Assembly: GCA_963703315.1 (NCBI GenBank)
Contig: OY969811.1
Location: 1,408,001-1,472,000 of the forward strand
Direction: 5' to 3'
Length of the DNA: 64,000 nt
Source of the DNA: an uncultured cyanobacterium
GTDB lineage: Bacteria; Cyanobacteriota; Cyanobacteriia; Pseudanabaenales; Pseudanabaenaceae
Below the pieces are notes generated by a model, which worked only from the letters and a program-made list of their open reading frames with translations, made no database searches and was not told the origin of the DNA. Below are positions 9,197-18,466 of the stretch, piece after piece. Every line of letters begins with the position of its first letter. The first letter of the stretch is position 1. The translations under genes and the position numbers were made by a program.

Positions 9197-10231
9197 TTGG
9201 GGGTTAATAGCCTTGTGAGTCAACCTGTCACAACTTGGGATGAAAAGCCACACATCGTACTTCATGGATCTAAAGATGCAGTGCAGATTCCTCTTGTGAA
9301 TGCGTATTCTTGGACATTAGGACGCGGCTCAGAAAATGACATTCCCCTGTCTGATAAATGTGCATCACGTAACCACGCTATGTTTCAGCTTGTGGGAGAG
9401 AATAATTACTTTCTGATCGATTTGGGTAGTCGCAATGGGTCATTTGTCAATGGACGGCGAGTAACCATTCCTGTCAGTTTAAAAAATGGCGATCGCATTA
9501 CCCTCGGTGAAACTAACCTAGAGTTTTACTGTCCCGAAGTTTCCACTGCTCCCGATATCAACACATCTCCCAATGAAGAAAATACTGATGCGGCGGCAAC
9601 AGCAATGTTGCATAAACGGCAATTGATCACGGTGTTAGTAGTTGATATCCGCGACTTTACCAAACTGACTCAACAAATGGATGAACATCTTCTCTCTGAG
9701 GCGATCGGGACATGGTTCCGCCGTGCTGGAGAGATTATCGATCGCTATGGCAGTTGGGTAGACAAATATATTGGCGATGCGGTGATGACGGTGTGGATTC
9801 ATGAGGCTGGCAAAGGTTCTGATACTGTCGCCACCCAAGATATGCTCAAAGTCTATCGCGCCCTGTATGAGCTATACACAATGAGCAATGAACTCAATCA
9901 ACAATTTGAATTACCATTTCAATTGCGTGTTGGTGCAGGCATCAATACAGGCTATGCAATGGTTGGTCAAATGGGAACGAGTGAGCATCCAGACTACACG
10001 GCGCTCGGCGATACGGTTAATGCTGCATTTAGATTAGAGTCATCGACTAAGCCGCTAGGACTAGATGTAGCGATCGGTTCTGCTACCTATAGTCACACTC
10101 CCTATGCTGCGGTTTTACTGCCCCTCAAGCAATATTCTGTAGATTTAAAAGGCTATAGCGCTCCCACAATTACCTATGCAGGAACTTTTAGCGAACTAGG
10201 AACATACATCAAGAAATTAGATGCTGAATGA
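9197..10231 (+). CDS. FHA-domain class III adenylate cyclase
   Basis: FHA motifs LGRG..ND, SRNHA, DLGSRNG; cyclase motifs VDIRDFT, DKYIGDAVM, DYTALGDTVNAAFRLES (Lys/Asp favour ATP). Confidence 0.9.
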   Translation: MGVNSLVSQPVTTWDEKPHIVLHGSKDAVQIPLVNAYSWTLGRGSENDIPLSDKCASRNHAMFQLVGENNYFLIDLGSRNGSFVNGRRVTIPVSLKNGDRITLGETNLEFYCPEVSTAPDINTSPNEENTDAAATAMLHKRQLITVLVVDIRDFTKLTQQMDEHLLSEAIGTWFRRAGEIIDRYGSWVDKYIGDAVMTVWIHEAGKGSDTVATQDMLKVYRALYELYTMSNELNQQFELPFQLRVGAGINTGYAMVGQMGTSEHPDYTALGDTVNAAFRLESSTKPLGLDVAIGSATYSHTPYAAVLLPLKQYSVDLKGYSAPTITYAGTFSELGTYIKKLDAE

Positions 10232-10267
10232 TTTTGTGGCGCGGCTTCGCCGCGCCACAAAATCATT
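10227..10267. repeat. Perfect palindrome / bidirectional terminator between convergent genes
   Basis: aatgattttgtggcgcggc-ttc-gccgcgccacaaaatcatt. Confidence 0.8.
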
Positions 10268-13200
10268 TATGTTACTGGGCTTACCTTGAGATTACTTTGT
10301 AAATAATCATGCAGCCATTTATTTCCTTGAGCAACTAGATTAGAGAGATTGAGATCCCATAGACCAATAGAGTTACTACTATGTCCAGATGCAAATCCAC
10401 GACCATCAGGTCGGAAGCAAAGGGCGATCGGTGTGCTATCTGGGCATAAAAGGGTTTGTAATTCCTTGCCATCAATACTCCAGAGCTTGATGGTGTTATC
10501 ACTACTTCCTGAAATAATACTGCGTCCATCAGGGCTAAAAATGCCTGTCCATACACCTCCATCATGACCTCTAAAGGTCTGCAATATATGTCCCTCAAGG
10601 TTCCATAACTTGAGTGTGCCATCACCACTACCCGACAAAATATACTGCCCATCAGGACTAAAGCACGTACTCCAAACTGCGCCACGATGACCGCGTAGGG
10701 TTTGAAGTTCTGTACCATCAATACTCCATAGCTTGATGCTATCATCACCACTACCAGAGACAAATCTTTGACCATCAGGACTAAAATGCACCGCCCAAAC
10801 CGTTGATTTATGTCCTTTCAGGGTCGCTAATTCTGTACCATCAATGTGCCAGAGTCTAATCGATTTATCACTGCTACCAGAGATAAATTTCTGTCCATCG
10901 GGGCTGAAAGCTACTGCCCAAACTGCGGTGCTATGTCCTGTAAAAGTCCGTATCAGTTGATGAGAATTTTCCTTGATTGACCATAAGGAAATTGCACTAT
11001 CGCCACTACCGACTAATAGATGATGACCATCTGGACTAAAGCTGACACTAAGAATGTCTTGTTCACCTATGATCGCTTGCAGTTCATTACCTCGGAGATC
11101 CCAGATTTTGATTTGATCATCAATACTGCCTGAAGCAAGGATTTGACCATCGGGACTAAAGGCAACGGTACGCACCGCCGCGCTATGCCCCTCTAAGGTT
11201 TGCTGTGATCTATGGTCAATCTGCCACTGGCGCACCGTGCAATCGAGACTTGCGGAGAGTAGAGTTTTACCATCAGGGCTAAAGCTGACAGAACGAACGG
11301 GATCACTATGTCCCTTAAAGATTTGGAGTTCTTTGCCATTCAAGTTCCAGAGCTTGATATTTTTATCGGCACTACCTGATGCTAATGTATTGCCATCGGG
11401 ACTAAAACTGATACTGCGAATTGCACTGGAGTGAGCTTGAATGGAGAATATTTCTTCGATTTTGATTGCACTTTCAGAAATAGCCAATTCAGAAATAGCC
11501 AATTCTGAGGACTGAGATTCAGAATCTGCAATCAATTTCTCAATTTGCCAAAGCTTGAGAATATTATCACCACTACCTGACGCGATTAATTTCCCATTAG
11601 GGCTAATGCTGATACTCCGAATATCGGCGGTATGTCCCTTGATATCTTTGAGGAGATTGCCATCAAGATCCCAAATTTTAATAGTTTTGTCAGCACCACC
11701 TGAAATAATCCATTCACCATCAGGACTAAATAGGACAGCCCGCACATCGCCACGATGTCCACTGATGGTCAGCATTTCTGTGCCATCACGAGGCCAGAGT
11801 TTAATGGTCTGATCGGCACTGCCTGAAGCAATTATTTCGCCATTGGGACTAAATCTTGCCGTCCAAACAGCACCAGTATGACCTAAAAAGGTATGGAGGC
11901 GATCGCCACTCAGATTCCAGATTGAGATCGTCTTATCGCTACTGCTAGAGAGGATTGTCTGTCCATCGGGGCTAAACGATGCACTCCGAATAGGTGCAGT
12001 ATGTCCAACGAACTGTACTATTTCGGAGCCGTCACGTTGCCAAAGTTTAATAAGATTGTCTAATCCACCTGTGATAATTGTCGAACCATCAGGACTGAAT
12101 TCAGCACTCCATACACCTTCTAGGTGCGCTTGGATACGATATTTTTCTTTGATCTCGTAGATCGCTCGATAAATTGTGCTGGCTAACTGGAGGCAATTTT
12201 CACTAGAGATAAATTCGATTTCGGGTAGCCAATCTTGGGCTACGTCCATTGCTTTAACTAGCTCATCTAGATCGATGAGGTTCTTATCGATTAGACCGTT
12301 GAGATAGAGGCTATCCGCGATCGCCTGTGAGTTTTTGAATAAACTTTCTAATTGACGGACAGTTTGACGTAGTTCTCCTTGAGTTTTTTCGAGTTCTTTT
12401 TGCAGCTTTTGGATTTCTGGTGCTTGAGATTTGCGAATTACTACGGCTAGATAGTCATGCACTAACTGACAGCGATCGTTAGCATTTTCAGGAATTAATA
12501 CTACTAGTCCTGAACCAATCAAGATTTTGAGGACGAGTTCTATTTGGTTGCTTTCAATTTCCGTATCACTTTCCAGACTTTGAATTGGATCAATCTCTAC
12601 ATCAAATTTTGTGCCTAGTTCACTTTGTTTACGGACTTCATTATCGAGATGATGGAGACCGCGCTCTAGATCTGCATAGGTTTTGAGTGGTCTAGTTCCC
12701 TTTTCATCAGTCAACAAGTATAGGATCAAGTTGGTCAAGCGATAATTCTCTTTGCCACAATCACCAACTACATTATCTAAATATCTTTGGACAAGGGTTT
12801 CCTTGGGATTGTCACCTAATTTTTTATATTGCTGGATCGTGCTGATGCGATCGTGTTGTAATTGCGCTCCGACAATCTGCAACTCGATTGGGCGTACTTC
12901 ATCTTGCTCATTTTTTAAATCTTCTACTAAAATATCGATTAATTGCGGTTCTAAATAAAATTGCGCTCTTTCTGTCAATGTCTCAATAGTTGAATGTGCG
13001 GCAACCTTAGAGAAATTACCCAATTGATAAAGAACATTTTTACTGAGAATGTCATTATCGATCGCACTCATCCCTTTAACTTGATTGCCTTCTAATAGGT
13101 AATGAATATAATCTTCACGTAAAGATAAGACAACTTTGATCGATGACAAGTTTTGAAAATCACTAAGTAAACTACCCAGAAATTCAAAGAATCTTAGACG

Positions 13201-15216
13201 CTTGCTCAGATCATGTTGATAAACAAAGAAAAATTCTTCAAATTGGTCAAAGATTAAAACTGTCCGCAGGTTATGGGATTCATTCCAGCGCAATTGCTCA
13301 ACTAGGCGATCGAGCAGAATGTCCTTATTTAGTTCATCACAGTAGTTGAAATCGTTGAGAGGAGATGCGTTGAGACGTAGTGCTTGCAATCCATTGATCA
13401 AAAGTTGAAGCAGATCTTGTTCCCAATTTGTATAGACGCGAATAGAGATAGGAATTACATCACGCCCACTAAAAGAAGATTGCTGTAAAGCTGGTACTAA
13501 TCCTGCATTTATGAAGGAACTTTTACCGACCCCCGAATTGCCATGCAGCACAATCAGCTTGTAACGAGGCTCACCAATGCGTTTAGTTAATTCATCTAGA
13601 TCTTGCTTTCTTCCTGAAGCATGGATTTCTGGTGAGATGATAAACTTTTCTTTCTCACTAAAACTAGAATGCTCTTCTAAACAAGATTGCAACTGTCCTG
13701 CCCCCAGAAAAGCGCGATAGCCATAACGTTGCTCGATCGCGAGTCTCTCTTGTTTCGTCTGAAATGCTTCTAAATATTGTCCGCGATCGAAATATAAATC
13801 ACGCAGTGTATTTAAAAGCCGAATATACATTCGTGGATGTCCACAATGATCGCGTTTTTTCGCTTCGATCAAGTTCTCTAGTGCTTCGTCTTGATTGCCT
13901 ATTTTGATTTGCGCTTCTGCTAAATAGCACAAATATAGACCGTATAGCCAATGTACGGTTGTCGGTGCATCAGCTAGCAAAGCGATCGCCTGTTTAGCAT
14001 GGACTTTGGCAGTTTCCCATTCACCTTCTTCAAGGGCAACCTCCGCGAGAAATCCATAATCAGCCGCAATGTCACCATCATTACCATGATCTTGATGGAT
14101 TGTTAACGCCTGTTGCGAGAGTTCTCGGAGTTCTGACCAAGCTTGTAGGTGATGTAAAGTCCGTTGCAACTGCAAGTAGCAATGGGTCATCAAATCAGGG
14201 CGATTAGCCCTTTTAAAGCAAGCTAAGCTATGGATGAATAGCTTCTCCACTGCGTGCCAGTTTTCTTCATGGGAATGTTTTTCTTGTTTGGTGAGGTGAA
14301 AACGCCGCCGTCCAATTTGATAGAGTAGCAAACCTTGTCGCTCTTCATTTTGGACTGACTGCCAATACCGATAACTTGATTTCAGATACGATAGAGATTG
14401 ATGAAAGTCTCTCGCATTCATACCGCGAATAAAATCTAAACTCGCTTGCAAAGATGGCGCGATCTCCCGACCTTGATAGCGAAGATCGCGCAATGCGACA
14501 TTTAGTTCTGAAAAATAAATGCCTCCTAGATGGGCAATGCGTCCTAGGGTATGGCGGGGATCGATCAGGTTGGCGCTGAGTGCAAGATGAAATAGAGATT
14601 CAGTTCCTAATGTCAGTGATTCAATTAAATCATCACTAGCGATCGCAAATTCAATCGTGGTTGTCCAACTTTCAAAGTCAGGCGCAATCCTAATTAAGCG
14701 TTTTAAAAGATCATCATTAATCCATAAAACGATTGGGAAGAGACAATTTTTGCGAAATTCTTCGCGAATTTGATTTAATCCCTTGATTAAAGCGTCAACA
14801 TTTTCGGCATTCTCTAAGCCAGTCACCATCACCGCAGGTAAGTTCCCTTCTCTTATGGCGGGAGTCGATAATTGGATAGCATGATAAATTGACGTAGTTT
14901 TAGAATCTAAGCGCACTTGGCGGATTTTCGTTTCTGAAATTTCAGTCAGCCTAGCGATCGCGCGATCGCGGAGATTCGCATAATTACAACGAGCCAACAA
15001 GAGGGTAAAAGTGCCATCGTAGATATCTAGTAGCAAAGACAGTTCTTGCAGTGCATCTTCCAGTTCAGGAGAAATGTTAAAAGAATTGACTAGCTCGCTT
15101 TGGTAGATATCTAGTTGTGATGTCAGTTGCTGAAGCGCCTGTTCCACTTCAATGGAAATATTGTAACTAGTTGTATCTTCGTCTCGTGAATAATTGATGC
15201 GAGGATTCTCAGACAT
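10267..15216 (-). CDS. NLR-like protein: degenerate STAND-like N-terminus, TPR-like helices, STAND NTPase, 14 WD40 repeats
   Basis: Walker A GNSGVGKS, Walker B VLIFDQFEE, PIELQIVG, LVHDYL; 14 GH..V....FSPDG-type repeats counted. Confidence 0.88.
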   Translation of the reverse strand: MSENPRINYSRDEDTTSYNISIEVEQALQQLTSQLDIYQSELVNSFNISPELEDALQELSLLLDIYDGTFTLLLARCNYANLRDRAIARLTEISETKIRQVRLDSKTTSIYHAIQLSTPAIREGNLPAVMVTGLENAENVDALIKGLNQIREEFRKNCLFPIVLWINDDLLKRLIRIAPDFESWTTTIEFAIASDDLIESLTLGTESLFHLALSANLIDPRHTLGRIAHLGGIYFSELNVALRDLRYQGREIAPSLQASLDFIRGMNARDFHQSLSYLKSSYRYWQSVQNEERQGLLLYQIGRRRFHLTKQEKHSHEENWHAVEKLFIHSLACFKRANRPDLMTHCYLQLQRTLHHLQAWSELRELSQQALTIHQDHGNDGDIAADYGFLAEVALEEGEWETAKVHAKQAIALLADAPTTVHWLYGLYLCYLAEAQIKIGNQDEALENLIEAKKRDHCGHPRMYIRLLNTLRDLYFDRGQYLEAFQTKQERLAIEQRYGYRAFLGAGQLQSCLEEHSSFSEKEKFIISPEIHASGRKQDLDELTKRIGEPRYKLIVLHGNSGVGKSSFINAGLVPALQQSSFSGRDVIPISIRVYTNWEQDLLQLLINGLQALRLNASPLNDFNYCDELNKDILLDRLVEQLRWNESHNLRTVLIFDQFEEFFFVYQHDLSKRLRFFEFLGSLLSDFQNLSSIKVVLSLREDYIHYLLEGNQVKGMSAIDNDILSKNVLYQLGNFSKVAAHSTIETLTERAQFYLEPQLIDILVEDLKNEQDEVRPIELQIVGAQLQHDRISTIQQYKKLGDNPKETLVQRYLDNVVGDCGKENYRLTNLILYLLTDEKGTRPLKTYADLERGLHHLDNEVRKQSELGTKFDVEIDPIQSLESDTEIESNQIELVLKILIGSGLVVLIPENANDRCQLVHDYLAVVIRKSQAPEIQKLQKELEKTQGELRQTVRQLESLFKNSQAIADSLYLNGLIDKNLIDLDELVKAMDVAQDWLPEIEFISSENCLQLASTIYRAIYEIKEKYRIQAHLEGVWSAEFSPDGSTIITGGLDNLIKLWQRDGSEIVQFVGHTAPIRSASFSPDGQTILSSSSDKTISIWNLSGDRLHTFLGHTGAVWTARFSPNGEIIASGSADQTIKLWPRDGTEMLTISGHRGDVRAVLFSPDGEWIISGGADKTIKIWDLDGNLLKDIKGHTADIRSISISPNGKLIASGSGDNILKLWQIEKLIADSESQSSELAISELAISESAIKIEEIFSIQAHSSAIRSISFSPDGNTLASGSADKNIKLWNLNGKELQIFKGHSDPVRSVSFSPDGKTLLSASLDCTVRQWQIDHRSQQTLEGHSAAVRTVAFSPDGQILASGSIDDQIKIWDLRGNELQAIIGEQDILSVSFSPDGHHLLVGSGDSAISLWSIKENSHQLIRTFTGHSTAVWAVAFSPDGQKFISGSSDKSIRLWHIDGTELATLKGHKSTVWAVHFSPDGQRFVSGSGDDSIKLWSIDGTELQTLRGHRGAVWSTCFSPDGQYILSGSGDGTLKLWNLEGHILQTFRGHDGGVWTGIFSPDGRSIISGSSDNTIKLWSIDGKELQTLLCPDSTPIALCFRPDGRGFASGHSSNSIGLWDLNLSNLVAQGNKWLHDYLQSNLKVSPVT

Positions 15217-15270
15217 AGATGTTTGATCTCTTTAAATATTTCAATCCTGAAGCATGGAGCCTTAAAGGAT

Positions 15271-16629
15271 CTAAGTTGTAGCAAACTCTTGAGCAGTAAC
15301 CAGTACAGGATTTACTTCAAACCAAGAACCGTCATCATCTTGATATTCATAGACATACATACTTCTAATTAAAGTTTGATAGCCAGTATCACCCACCACC
15401 TTCTTTGTAGTATTCACCTGTCGCAATAGCCTCCATTCATCGTCATCAATGGAGAGAACTAATTCATTACGACGTTTGCGAATAGTATCTTCTAAGACTT
15501 CGATGGTAATTGGTAGACCGCGCTGTTTACGGAGCGCATCATTTAAAAGTCGCATAATGTTGCGAACATGACCACCGCTAGCAAAACAGAGGCGATCTAG
15601 TGTATTAACACTGTCAAAGACTTCATTAATAGCACCCAAACGCTCAATAGGAGTGCTATCGGGCATGACTCGCGACAAAATCATTTGACGTAAAAGTGCA
15701 ATTCCTTCTTCATGGGTTGAGCCATCACGTTGCACTACAGGAACCATTGGCAAAACAATTGGGTCAGTCATAAACCGAGCCGTGAGTGTGCCGTAATCCC
15801 TAGAAAATCTCAGGGCGAGGGGCATCGTATACACTACGTGACATTGTAATTTACGCAGTTGCTCAGCGCGATCGACAAATAAATATTCAGTCTGTGGTCT
15901 GCCCCAAGGTTTGGGTGAGTCATCGACGCGATCGAGGTTATCCACAATTACCACAATGCCTTCTTTGCCGATTTTTTTGAGATCAGCGATTCCAGGCAGC
16001 AAAATTTCTTGATTAATTAAATCGAGCAAGCCATTGGTTTTTGGCTCCATATAGCCGCGTAACTTGCTCCGCATATCAGGACTGTCTTTAGTTTTGGCAG
16101 ACAGTTTGCCAATTCCTAGGGAGAGAGAAAATTCGCCACTGGTACTAGCTTCGATTTTGCCAACGCCAGGGACATCGGCTTCGGCAGAGAGTTCGATCTC
16201 GGTTTGTAAGATTTTAACTGCCCCGTTGAGCATGGCGCGAAATCCTTTGGCTTCGGTTTTGACCTTTACTGCTTCCAAGCTTTCTACTACGCGCCGCGCG
16301 ATCGCCAATAAAATATCACTGAGATCCACATCACCCATTTCCATGTCTTGACTAGACTCAAAGTACACGACATGAAAGCCTTCAGCCTCAAGTTGTTGTT
16401 TGAGTTGCAATATTTCTGTAGATTTGCCACAACCAATATGTCCAGTAAATAGCTGACAAGTTGGTTGCCCGTCAGAAAACAGCGAAATATTATCTTTTAA
16501 ATCTTCGACTACTTTGCCACCACGTACAGTCGAAAAGTCAATATAGTACTTTTTGTCTTCAGCACTATCCGCAAGCAGAGTTTTACTTGGATCAGTCGCT
16601 TTAAAAAATTTCTTGTAATCTACAGCCAT
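15271..16629 (-). CDS. P-loop ATPase, partner of the downstream STAND-WD40 gene
   Basis: Walker A GHIGCGKS, Walker B VVIVDNLDR, SGGHVR; co-oriented, 54 bp upstream of the WD40 gene. Confidence 0.85.
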   Translation of the reverse strand: MAVDYKKFFKATDPSKTLLADSAEDKKYYIDFSTVRGGKVVEDLKDNISLFSDGQPTCQLFTGHIGCGKSTEILQLKQQLEAEGFHVVYFESSQDMEMGDVDLSDILLAIARRVVESLEAVKVKTEAKGFRAMLNGAVKILQTEIELSAEADVPGVGKIEASTSGEFSLSLGIGKLSAKTKDSPDMRSKLRGYMEPKTNGLLDLINQEILLPGIADLKKIGKEGIVVIVDNLDRVDDSPKPWGRPQTEYLFVDRAEQLRKLQCHVVYTMPLALRFSRDYGTLTARFMTDPIVLPMVPVVQRDGSTHEEGIALLRQMILSRVMPDSTPIERLGAINEVFDSVNTLDRLCFASGGHVRNIMRLLNDALRKQRGLPITIEVLEDTIRKRRNELVLSIDDDEWRLLRQVNTTKKVVGDTGYQTLIRSMYVYEYQDDDGSWFEVNPVLVTAQEFATT

Positions 16630-16718
16630 AAGTCACGCAATCCCTCTTTAGGTATGGATATTATATGGAATTTTTAGGAGTTTGAAAACCCAATTCTGTG
16701 ATGCGATTCTTAAAAATG

Positions 16719-16852
16719 CAAAAGGAAGTTGCGGCACTTTGCGCCGCAACTTCCTTTTGGACTTTTAAGTTTACTCCTTTCCCACCAAAGAAATAAGCAT
16801 ATAAAACCAAGAAATAGCTGTGCGCGGCTTCGCCGCGCACAGCTATTTCTTG
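16719..16852. repeat. Two palindromic elements
   Basis: caaaaggaagttgcggcac-ttt-gcgccgcaacttccttttg and caagaaatagctgtgcgcggc-ttc-gccgcgcacagctatttcttg. Confidence 0.8.
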
Positions 16853-16867
16853 ACTGGCTGGCGATAG

Positions 16868-17641
16868 CTAGCTAACTTTAGGAGCAGCGATTAGTAAAAT
16901 CTTTTCCATTAGGAATGGAAAGAGACGATGACACCATACGGCGAGATGACTTTGCCAACCGACAAGAATTTCAGGGGCTTCGCGATCTAGTCCTGCAATC
17001 AAGGCTTTGGCAACTTGCTTAGGAGTCATCAGAGCCACCCAGCGAAACCACTCTAGATCTTGTGCCATGTCAGTATCAGTGAGGGATGGAAGTAATGCTG
17101 ATACCTTGATGTTGTAGGCAGCTAACTCACCACGCAAAGCTTGAGTGAAGCCCACGATCGCAAATTTAGTAGCCGAATAGGTTGCCATCGTCGGCGCGGC
17201 AACTTTACCCATAAGACTGGAGACATTGACAATTCTGCCTTGTCGCTGAACTGCCATGCGCCGCGCTACCATCCTAGTGATCGCATACATACCAAGCAGA
17301 TTGACTTCGATTTCGGATTGCACATCCTGAAAGCGCGATCGCAAAAATGAGGATTGATGCGCCACACCTGCACAGTTAATCAAGATGTCAATGGGACCAA
17401 AATCTCGCCATACTTGAGCGATCGCAATATTCACCTCAATAGTTTGCGATAAATCTAGAGGTAAACTCACCGCTTCTATTCCTAAAGCTTCCACTTCTGA
17501 AGCAACAGAATTTAAACGCTCAAGATCGCGTGCTACTAAAATCAAGCACCTTACACCCTGTTGTGCTAGCTCTAAAGCGATCGCCCGACCAATACCCCGC
17601 GAGGCTCCAGTAATTAGAGCCGTTTTTCCACGAACATTCAT
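16868..17641 (-). CDS. SDR family NAD(P)-dependent oxidoreductase
   Basis: TGASRGIG, NCAG, NVSS, YSATK; GGAGG RBS. Confidence 0.93.
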   Translation of the reverse strand: MNVRGKTALITGASRGIGRAIALELAQQGVRCLILVARDLERLNSVASEVEALGIEAVSLPLDLSQTIEVNIAIAQVWRDFGPIDILINCAGVAHQSSFLRSRFQDVQSEIEVNLLGMYAITRMVARRMAVQRQGRIVNVSSLMGKVAAPTMATYSATKFAIVGFTQALRGELAAYNIKVSALLPSLTDTDMAQDLEWFRWVALMTPKQVAKALIAGLDREAPEILVGWQSHLAVWCHRLFPFLMEKILLIAAPKVS

Positions 17642-17722
17642 AAAACCTCCAATAGTGAGGTCTCACTGTTTTTACTATTTGCGATGAACGTAAGTTTTGT
17701 AGCCTATGCCGCGTACTAAAAC

Positions 17723-17829
17723 TTACACCAAAACCAAAAACGGCATTTCCACTTTTAGTTTTGAAAACCCCTATTGGTTTTAAGTTTCAGTTTACAAAAG
17801 TGTTTTCACACTTTCGTGAACCAGTATTA
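17723..17829. repeat. Family C element, degenerate inverted copy
   Basis: Aligns along its length to the reverse complement of 26866-26972. Confidence 0.7.
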
Positions 17830-17955
17830 CGCAAAGTAAATTCTGTGAGACAGTAAATAATTTGTTGATCAGCAACTGATGACTAAACTCGTATATGCGT
17901 TGATTTTAAAAGTTTTGTTTAGTCATAGCTCTAACAACGGTCTAGCAATCGATGA

Positions 17956-17988
17956 TTAATCTTTCCCGCTCATTCCTAGTTCTGTCAT
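17956..17988 (-). CDS. Candidate 10-aa leader peptide/uORF MTELGMSGKD
   Basis: Perfect SD AAGGAGGT (17995-18002) 6 nt before the ATG; lies downstream of an NtcA-type promoter. Confidence 0.4.
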   Translation of the reverse strand: MTELGMSGKD

Positions 17989-18063
17989 GCCGTTACCTCC
18001 TTTAGGAAACATGGTCTATGCAGTAATAAAGGAAAATTGATACAGACTTTTAACATGGATAAG

Positions 18064-18106
18064 ACCTTACATCTGTTTTCAAAATATGTAAAGTATTATT
18101 AAATAC
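18064..18106 (-). promoter_or_regulatory. Putative NtcA-activated promoter
   Basis: GTA-N8-TAC (18093-18106), then 23 nt, then -10-like TAAGGT (18064-18069) on the minus strand. Confidence 0.6.
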
Positions 18107-18322
18107 ATTCTCAATCTCTTTCGATAGAATTGTGAATAGAGTAATTGAAGATGACAATTCTTTCCCTGTCTATCTTCCAAGCTCTTATTGATTCTAAATC
18201 CAAGAAATAGTTAACATAAAACCAAGGTCAAAAATAGGTCAAAAGAATTACTCCTATAGACATAAAAATAGAATCTATTGAAAAATTACAGTTTTTAATT
18301 TGCGATTTTCCTTGGTTCTAGA

Positions 18323-18453
18323 ACAATGTAAATTTTGCTTAGGACATGAAAATCCAAAAGATTAATAGCGATGCGAAGCGGTGCTATTAATCTTTTGCAA
18401 AAGCCTTAAAGTCTATAGCGCACGCTTAGCGTGCGCTATAGACTTTAAGGCTT
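18323..18453. repeat. Partial family B element plus second palindrome
   Basis: ttttgcttaggacat...caaaagattaatagc..gcgaagc..gctattaatcttttg; aaagccttaaagtctatagcgcacgc-tta-gcgtgcgctatagactttaaggcttt. Confidence 0.8.
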
Positions 18454-18466
18454 TATACCGAGACAC

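Noticed and set aside
10335..12130. Near-identical WD40 repeats or a diversity-generating target
   Set aside because: The repeats are clearly diverged at DNA level. No reverse transcriptase or template repeat is in the window.
9197..15216. Adenylate cyclase as signalling partner of the STAND-WD40 module (Pycsar/CBASS-like)
   Set aside because: The genes are convergent and separated by a hairpin. FHA-cyclases are ordinary cyanobacterial signalling genes, and no cyclic-nucleotide effector is adjacent.
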